A DNA stretch of 29,769 nt. Source: a virus (Duplodnaviria; Caudoviricetes). Below the pieces are notes generated by a model, which was given only the letters and a program-made list of their open reading frames with translations, was not told the origin of the DNA and did no database searches. The stretch lies in the IMG/VR virus record IMGVR_UViG_3300037046_000005, positions 1 through 29,769 of that record; one strand, written 5' to 3'. The translations under genes were made by a program, and so were the position numbers. Below, piece by piece: positions 25,201 to 29,769 of the stretch (its first letter is position 1; every line of letters starts with the position of its first letter).

Positions 25201-28200
25201 TTCATGTCCACGCTCGCCGGGCTGGCGCCGCGAATTACCGAAGCGGTGTCGCGCAGCAGGGCGTCTACCTCTGCGTTGGTCATCTTCAGGTTGGAGATGC
25301 CGAGCAGGGCAGAGAACGCGTTGTCGACGGCAGAGCGCGCCTTGGTGATCACGTCGCCGTTGACCTTCTCGCCGCCAGCCAGCATGTCGGCCAGCACTTC
25401 CTCGGCTGCCAGGCGGCGCATGCCACCGGCCTCCGGGTTGGCGTTGCCGAGCAGTTTCATCTTGGCCTTGATCCGCTCACGGGTAGCGGCGTTCGTCCAC
25501 AGGCGGTTGACTACGGCTGGCAGGCGGTCGCCCAGCAGTACGTCGAGCCCCTGGTGACCGCGCTCGTGCGCTAGCGTCATGGCGAGTTGTTTGACGTCGG
25601 GTATGTTCTCGCGGATCAGGTACACCTGGCCGTCGGCGTACACCCCACGGGCGTCGCCTGGGGCGGCATGGCGAGTCAGCGCTTCGAAGTCAGCCACCGT
25701 CTCGACCGGCACGATCTCAGGGGAACCGTCCGCCCGGTTGCGGTTGGCCGCAGCCACGTACATGCTGAAGTCCGTCAGGTCCATGGCCTTGCCGCCGCGC
25801 TCGCCGGCAGGCGCCCGGTCGAAGCGAGCGGTGCCATTCTCCAGTGCGTCGTACCGCAGATTGAAGTCGTTGGTCAGGGTGTCCTGATCCGCCGGCTTCA
25901 GCTTGGCCCAGCCCGGGTGGTTCTTGATCGCTATAAAGTACTCGTCCAGCATGTCGGAACTGTTCGCGTCCATGATCAAGTCGGCGTAAGCGTCGACAGT
26001 CGCCGTGTAGGGGTCGGACGTGGGGTCCAGACGCAGGTTGCGCTGGATGGTCTGGTCGATGTTGAGCGCCTGCGGCTGGTTGAAATCCGTGGCGACAGGG
26101 GCGGTCGCCGGTATCCGGTTCGGTAGCTCGCGCAGTGCCTCTGCTTTCGTCTCGCCGAGGTACACGCCCTGGTTACCACCCACGGCCTGACCATCCACCT
26201 CGGACAGTATCCACCCGCTGAGCATGACCCCGCCGTCGCCCTGCTGCCGGAAGACGCGGGCGCTGCGCCCGTCGCTCAGGCTCACTTCGTAGTAGGTGCC
26301 ACCGTCTGTGTACCCGCCGCGCACCTGCTTGGAGCCGGTGACGCGGGGTAACTCCGGCGCTTCTGCGGCCTCGCGGGCGGCGGACTGCGCGCGGAATCGG
26401 CCTAGCCAAGCGTCTATCTTTGGCGTGGCCGAGCCACGGTCGCCAGGTTCCGCACCCTGCGTAGGAGCGACAGCGTCCATCTCGTTGTTCAGCCCGTCGT
26501 CTGCCACGGGCGCGCTGTCAATAGTGGCCTGCTGGTTCATCTCCTCGCCCAACGTCATCTGAGGAGGCGCCTCGGCGGTGCTGGCGGCAGGCGCCTCTAC
26601 CGGCGCGGCCTGACCGTACTTCTCGACCAGCTTCGCCACGAACAGCGGCGCGGTGGCCGGGTCGCCGCCGAGGTCTCTGCCTACCTGAGTGAGAAACTCA
26701 GCCGCGTTGGGGCTGAGCGGGTCCACGCCAGCTGCCTGTGCTGCCTTCTCGAACTGTGTCCACGCTTGCCCTCGGAAGTGCTGCGGCTTGAGCCCCAGGT
26801 CGCGCACGAGGGCTTTCTTCCACGTGGGTGCCGGCGCGTCGAAGTCGATCGCCTGCTGTGCCTTGGGCACTGGTGCCGGAGCAGACTCGCTCGGCGCGGC
26901 GTCGACCACCTGCGGAAATGCTCCCTCGGCGGGCAGCGGGCCGGCGAACAGGTCAGTGCCGCCCAGTGTTCCGCGGCTGCGTTGTGCGTCCAACACGCCG
27001 AGTAGCCCACCACGTGGCGGGGGTGCTACCTCCTCCACTTCCATCAGCGGCGGAGTCGGTTGGGCTACCTGCGGCTGGCGACCGGTTATGTCATATAGCG
27101 AGCGGAGCGGGGCCGCGGCAGGGGCCACTTCCTCTACAGCCAGCTCCTCGACCGCCGGCAGCGGCAAGCCTTCACCCGGCAGCGGCGTAGCACCGAGGTC
27201 GACCTCCTCAGCAGGTAGCGACGTAGCACCGAGGTCGATATCCTCGACCGGGGAATCTCCCAGGCCGCTCGGCGTGAGTGGGTTGCCAAGCTCGGCGTTG
27301 GCCGCGCGCAACTCGTCCCGTAGGTTCTGCCCGAGCGGAGTGCGCGCGGAGGTGCGAACGTCTCCCATCGAGATAACGCCGCCCATGCCGCCACCCAGCA
27401 GGCCGCCAGCCAAGCCGCCAAGCGCGGCCTGCTCGCCTACGCCGGCGAACAGGTCTGTGTTTGGAGTGAACAGGTTCTGTGCGATGCGCTCGGACGCGGA
27501 CTGCGCAGACTCCTCCGCTGCCTCTCGGCCGGCACCGCCGAGTACGTTGCGCGCTATGCCGCCAGTGACGCCGAGTGCAGCCCCGCCCGGCAATGCGTTC
27601 GCTGCAGCGGCTTCCAAGGCGCCGGCGCCCGTCAGACGCATGAGCGCAGGGGCCGCCACCCCCGCAAGTACGCCGGCGCCAATGCCGCCCAGCTGCTGCT
27701 GCAGCTCGCTGCCACCCTCCGCCTCGATAGCGTTGATCGTATCGACGTTGACTGCGCCGCCTACCTGGCCACCTACCGCACGACCAAGGGCGCGCTGCGA
27801 TGCCTGGCTAGCGGCCTGCTGTGCAGCCTGGCCCTGAAGGCCACGGGCCGTAGCGTTCGCAGCGCCGGCCACAGCCCCGGCACGGGCGGCTGCGGCGCCG
27901 GGCAGCAGCGAGGGGAGGTTGCCTACAACGAGCTGCTGCAAGAAAGCTGGGGAGGTTACCGCCTCACCAAGACCAGCGAGTACGCCTTCGTCGACGAACG
28001 CCTGCGATACGTTCTGGGCGGCACGTTGGGTGGGCGCCGACTGCCACCCAGATATGGTCTGCTGCGTCTCTTGGAAGTTGTCAGAAAGCCCCGCCACCCG
28101 GTCGAGCACGCCCAGCGTGGCTATGTTGCCCAGGCCGTACGCCGCCTGGCCGAGGCCGACAGCGCCGCTTAGCAGCTGAATCGGCACGTTGCTGAGCGCC

Positions 28201-28340
28201 TCGCCCCAGGTGTTAGAGCGACTGGCCTCCGCCGCTTCAGCTGCAGCTTGGGCCGCTGCCGCCGCGTCCGCCTCACGCTGCGCGCGTTGCGCCTCTTGAA
28301 GCTGCCTTGCGCGTGCTACGATCTCGGCGTACGTGGCCAC
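22272..28340 (-). CDS. Large internal virion/ejection protein of polyvalent type (zincin metallopeptidase + PLxRFG-like domain; 2022 aa)
   Basis: Gly/Ala-rich hydrophobic N-terminus; LAHERGHQGL...LAAEEVLA (HExxH plus downstream E); YSPLQRYGDYLV; C-terminal TQFDYS...FQFQQY helical region. Confidence 0.8.
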   Translation of the reverse strand: MATYAEIVARARQLQEAQRAQREADAAAAAQAAAEAAEASRSNTWGEALSNVPIQLLSGAVGLGQAAYGLGNIATLGVLDRVAGLSDNFQETQQTISGWQSAPTQRAAQNVSQAFVDEGVLAGLGEAVTSPAFLQQLVVGNLPSLLPGAAAARAGAVAGAANATARGLQGQAAQQAASQASQRALGRAVGGQVGGAVNVDTINAIEAEGGSELQQQLGGIGAGVLAGVAAPALMRLTGAGALEAAAANALPGGAALGVTGGIARNVLGGAGREAAEESAQSASERIAQNLFTPNTDLFAGVGEQAALGGLAGGLLGGGMGGVISMGDVRTSARTPLGQNLRDELRAANAELGNPLTPSGLGDSPVEDIDLGATSLPAEEVDLGATPLPGEGLPLPAVEELAVEEVAPAAAPLRSLYDITGRQPQVAQPTPPLMEVEEVAPPPRGGLLGVLDAQRSRGTLGGTDLFAGPLPAEGAFPQVVDAAPSESAPAPVPKAQQAIDFDAPAPTWKKALVRDLGLKPQHFRGQAWTQFEKAAQAAGVDPLSPNAAEFLTQVGRDLGGDPATAPLFVAKLVEKYGQAAPVEAPAASTAEAPPQMTLGEEMNQQATIDSAPVADDGLNNEMDAVAPTQGAEPGDRGSATPKIDAWLGRFRAQSAAREAAEAPELPRVTGSKQVRGGYTDGGTYYEVSLSDGRSARVFRQQGDGGVMLSGWILSEVDGQAVGGNQGVYLGETKAEALRELPNRIPATAPVATDFNQPQALNIDQTIQRNLRLDPTSDPYTATVDAYADLIMDANSSDMLDEYFIAIKNHPGWAKLKPADQDTLTNDFNLRYDALENGTARFDRAPAGERGGKAMDLTDFSMYVAAANRNRADGSPEIVPVETVADFEALTRHAAPGDARGVYADGQVYLIRENIPDVKQLAMTLAHERGHQGLDVLLGDRLPAVVNRLWTNAATRERIKAKMKLLGNANPEAGGMRRLAAEEVLADMLAGGEKVNGDVITKARSAVDNAFSALLGISNLKMTNAEVDALLRDTASVIRGASPASVDMKRSHLQGLEFAMTNPNEFVDGDPRFSRAVADLDEVITSATAEADGTKRNVADVVKDTGASALQSVRSIGTATAADKARKLALDTVPLNQLANLYDKFFGGQLGEFARLKRTKEATFNKLITAGKSLNYHGQDMGELSPMATANQIKAFAQKNPKRMEAWNQLQQVGTLYRLWPDRSMEQQSQLNYAETNFTQAEREQAHKDLTRLWKSVGTEGQQLYKETQALYSSLWNARFNALRSEIARVYKSDGQTDAEFYASDKFKSLYGDRIESAMNKMRTGPYSPLQRYGDYLVTVRSKEGKVEWFSGHDTIEEANAARAELLAGDYADTGAYSVSMPTLRREHNWELDGISQQTIRAIEQSVDGIVSQSADPQLHRAIREGLVEAYLQSLPQSSFLQHANRRKNTRGATTNAFRGFSDYTIKAARSVASLRYDGQISEKLVQLQETATQGANDESGIKRQRVLEAVKRQHAASIQTERSPVADALSQGGFLWFMSSPSQLIINAMQTPMVTLPRLAGSYGNAAALREIKRALSDFTKSRGNLLGEKSTLDVGSAERKVLQDLFERGTLDFTLSHDMASLANGETGVTMSSHWRRVLEVAGTFMHKSEVFNRQVVALAAARLEMQKRGVGHSVDGQALTDIADIADSATLTTQFDYSQSNKPTIMQGPWRKVIFQFQQYRVNMLAMMGKDIRDSFSGTPEEKATARRALAWMLGTQLALTGAVGTVLAPMAFFIADLFRDDDDLLDSRTDFVRSTPQILAHGLLSGALDLSRVGADGLVTFGGQYAPTDASAKEMFQFYVMQNIGPWAGLGANIFTGIEKAIAGDHVAAVKNLAPAGIRDVYKAFFEGQQGAKDSRQIVYYEPGVWDTVTGAMGLRSGGRREAEEVRGATYEASIRAQTLKQRYLGRLALGHATSDQDMINEAMDAIHEWNSSFPDMAVKGSDLRRSIVTRVRSQINASQYGAATSRAPARSIQEQVGTW
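27181..27245. repeat. 36-bp-period imperfect direct duplication
   Basis: agcggcgtagcaccgaggtcgacctcctc / agcgacgtagcaccgaggtcgatatcctc; encodes EDIDLGATSL and EEVDLGATPL. Confidence 0.85.
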
Positions 28341-28343
28341 TGT

Positions 28344-29588
28344 TTATCTCCCCTGTGCTAGTCCCGATGCCTGGCGGTATGCCTCCAGTTGCGCAGGAGT
28401 ATACGGTATCAGGTTGCCAGCTGCGTCATAGGTGCCGATCGGGTTCTGCAGCATGTCCAAGGCGATGCGCTGGTTCGGTCGCCCACTACCGGTGACGATG
28501 CTTGCCGCCGCGTCCAAGTCGCCCGCGCCCAGTTGGTCCAGAGCGAGTTGGAGCTGCAGCTGCCTCAACTGCGCCTGTGCTGCCGCGTTCTGACTGGTGG
28601 CCCCGCCCTCTTTCAGGCGTGCGGCACCGAGGGTCGCCTCAGCTGCCGCCTGCCGCCCTGCCAGGCCGTACTGGCCGGTGAGGTCGGCCGAGGCGAGGCG
28701 GGCTTGGGCGTCAAGTTCCGCCCTGGTCAGGGCGCCTGCGTTCTGCAGTTCAGCAAGCTGCGTTTCGACCTGGCCACGCTGAGTGAGCTGGGCACCTTGG
28801 GCCGCTGCCTCCGCCTGCTGGGTAGCCATCGGCGTAGCCGCGGATACAAGCTGCCTTGCGCGCAGTATTTCACCGGGGGTGCGAGCGCTCGACAGTTCGC
28901 CCTGCGCGTACTGCAGGTTGTTCTGCGCCTCGCGGTTGGTACGCGCCTGAGCGCGCTGCTGGTCTACCACCTGCATCTGCGCCAGGTACTGCTGCGCCGT
29001 AGGTTGACCGCCCACGCCGAAGCCGAAGTTGATGCCGTTTGTGCGCGGGGCCACCGGGGTGGTGTTCTGCTGGCTGTACACCCCACGCTGTGCGGGCTGC
29101 ATGATGCCGCCTTCTGGACGCAGGCCGGCGAGGGACGTCGCTATCTGGGCGTTCAGCGCGTTGACGTCGCCTTGACCGAGCATGTTTGGCGCTTCGACGG
29201 GGGCCGCAGTGGGCGTAGCAACAGGAGCCGCAGCCGGGGCGCTGGCCTGCAGCGGGGGCGTCTGGGGCGCAGCGGCCGGCTGGGCACCGACCAAGCCTAA
29301 CACCCCACGCTGGATGTTGCGCCCCAGCGAAGCGTTCGCCTCAGCGAAGTTCGACAGCCCCTGGTCCAAGGTGCCGAAGGCTCTCGACGAGTAGAAGTCC
29401 TGGCCACCGGGCAGAGTATTAGGGTCACCACCTACCAGGGAGGTGACGCCGCGGCGGGCGGCGTCGAGCGCGGTCGCTGGAACTGCGGTGTACGCACCCA
29501 CCGCTGCGTCCACGAGGGAGCGGCCGACGTTGATCGGGCGCCCGTCGTCTACCATCTGCCCTGTTCTCGGGTCATAAACAAACGCCAC
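28344..29588 (-). CDS. Putative internal virion (ejection) protein (414 aa)
   Basis: GGAGG RBS with GTG start; Ala/Gln/Gly-rich and helical; directly upstream of the giant protein. Confidence 0.7.
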   Translation of the reverse strand: MAFVYDPRTGQMVDDGRPINVGRSLVDAAVGAYTAVPATALDAARRGVTSLVGGDPNTLPGGQDFYSSRAFGTLDQGLSNFAEANASLGRNIQRGVLGLVGAQPAAAPQTPPLQASAPAAAPVATPTAAPVEAPNMLGQGDVNALNAQIATSLAGLRPEGGIMQPAQRGVYSQQNTTPVAPRTNGINFGFGVGGQPTAQQYLAQMQVVDQQRAQARTNREAQNNLQYAQGELSSARTPGEILRARQLVSAATPMATQQAEAAAQGAQLTQRGQVETQLAELQNAGALTRAELDAQARLASADLTGQYGLAGRQAAAEATLGAARLKEGGATSQNAAAQAQLRQLQLQLALDQLGAGDLDAAASIVTGSGRPNQRIALDMLQNPIGTYDAAGNLIPYTPAQLEAYRQASGLAQGR

Positions 29589-29593
29589 GGCCG

Positions 29594-29767
29594 TTACCTC
29601 CAGTGTGAGTTAGGAGCGAATTGTACGTCCTGTGCAAGGAGTCGTTTCGCCTGACGTGACAGTTCTTCCACCGTCTCGTTGAAGCGTTTTTTGTGAGCGC
29701 TAGCCTTCGACATGGACTCAAGGTCTGCATCGTGGTTTCTCAGCGCCCGCCACGCAGCCCACTCGAG
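29594..29767 (-). CDS. 3' end of a putative head-tail adaptor-like protein (5'-truncated)
   Basis: Open frame LEWAAWRALRNHDADLESMSKASAHKKRFNETVEELSRQAKRLLAQDVQFAPNSHWR* ends at TAA 29594. The W..WRA...DAD...A..H...F pattern resembles podovirus adaptor C-termini. Confidence 0.6.
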   Translation of the reverse strand, partial: LEWAAWRALRNHDADLESMSKASAHKKRFNETVEELSRQAKRLLAQDVQFAPNSHWR

Positions 29768-29769
29768 CA

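Noticed and set aside
22272-28340. Giant protein as tape measure or virion RNA polymerase
   Set aside because: No DxDGD or T7-type RNAP motifs and no tape-measure periodicity were seen; HExxH and PLxRFG-like motifs fit a polyvalent ejection protein better.
14254-29300. Many long + strand ORFs across the late region (e.g. 14254-15327, 22521-23678, 26689-27837, 28389-29300)
   Set aside because: Antisense shadows of tightly packed minus-strand genes with no recognisable motifs.

Overview
This window is a GC-rich fragment of a tailed phage genome, probably podovirus-like, infecting a Gram-negative host (it encodes spanins). It has two convergent gene blocks. The + strand block (1-12210) is a replication module: a family A DNA polymerase, a YspA/SLOG domain fused to a Cas4-like PD-(D/E)XK nuclease, a Cys-motif protein, a VRR-NUC nuclease, a SNF2 helicase, a conserved phage protein, a putative SSB-like protein with a ~250-aa Gln/Pro repeat tail, an HTH protein, an AEP primase-DUF927/helicase and a small HALER-motif protein. 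The - strand block (12186-29769) is a late module: a partial adaptor-like gene, two internal virion/ejection proteins (one a 2022-aa polyvalent-type protein with a zincin HExxH motif and a PLxRFG-like motif), a lysis cassette (two holin-like genes, Rz/Rz1, GH108 endolysin) and a run of tail genes with a family 2 glycosyltransferase embedded among them. No integrase, tRNA or CRISPR array was seen. The strongest leads are the SLOG-nuclease fusion, the tail-operon glycosyltransferase, the amplified WGQPQQ tail and several oddities in the polymerase. All family calls come from reading motifs by eye, not from database searches.
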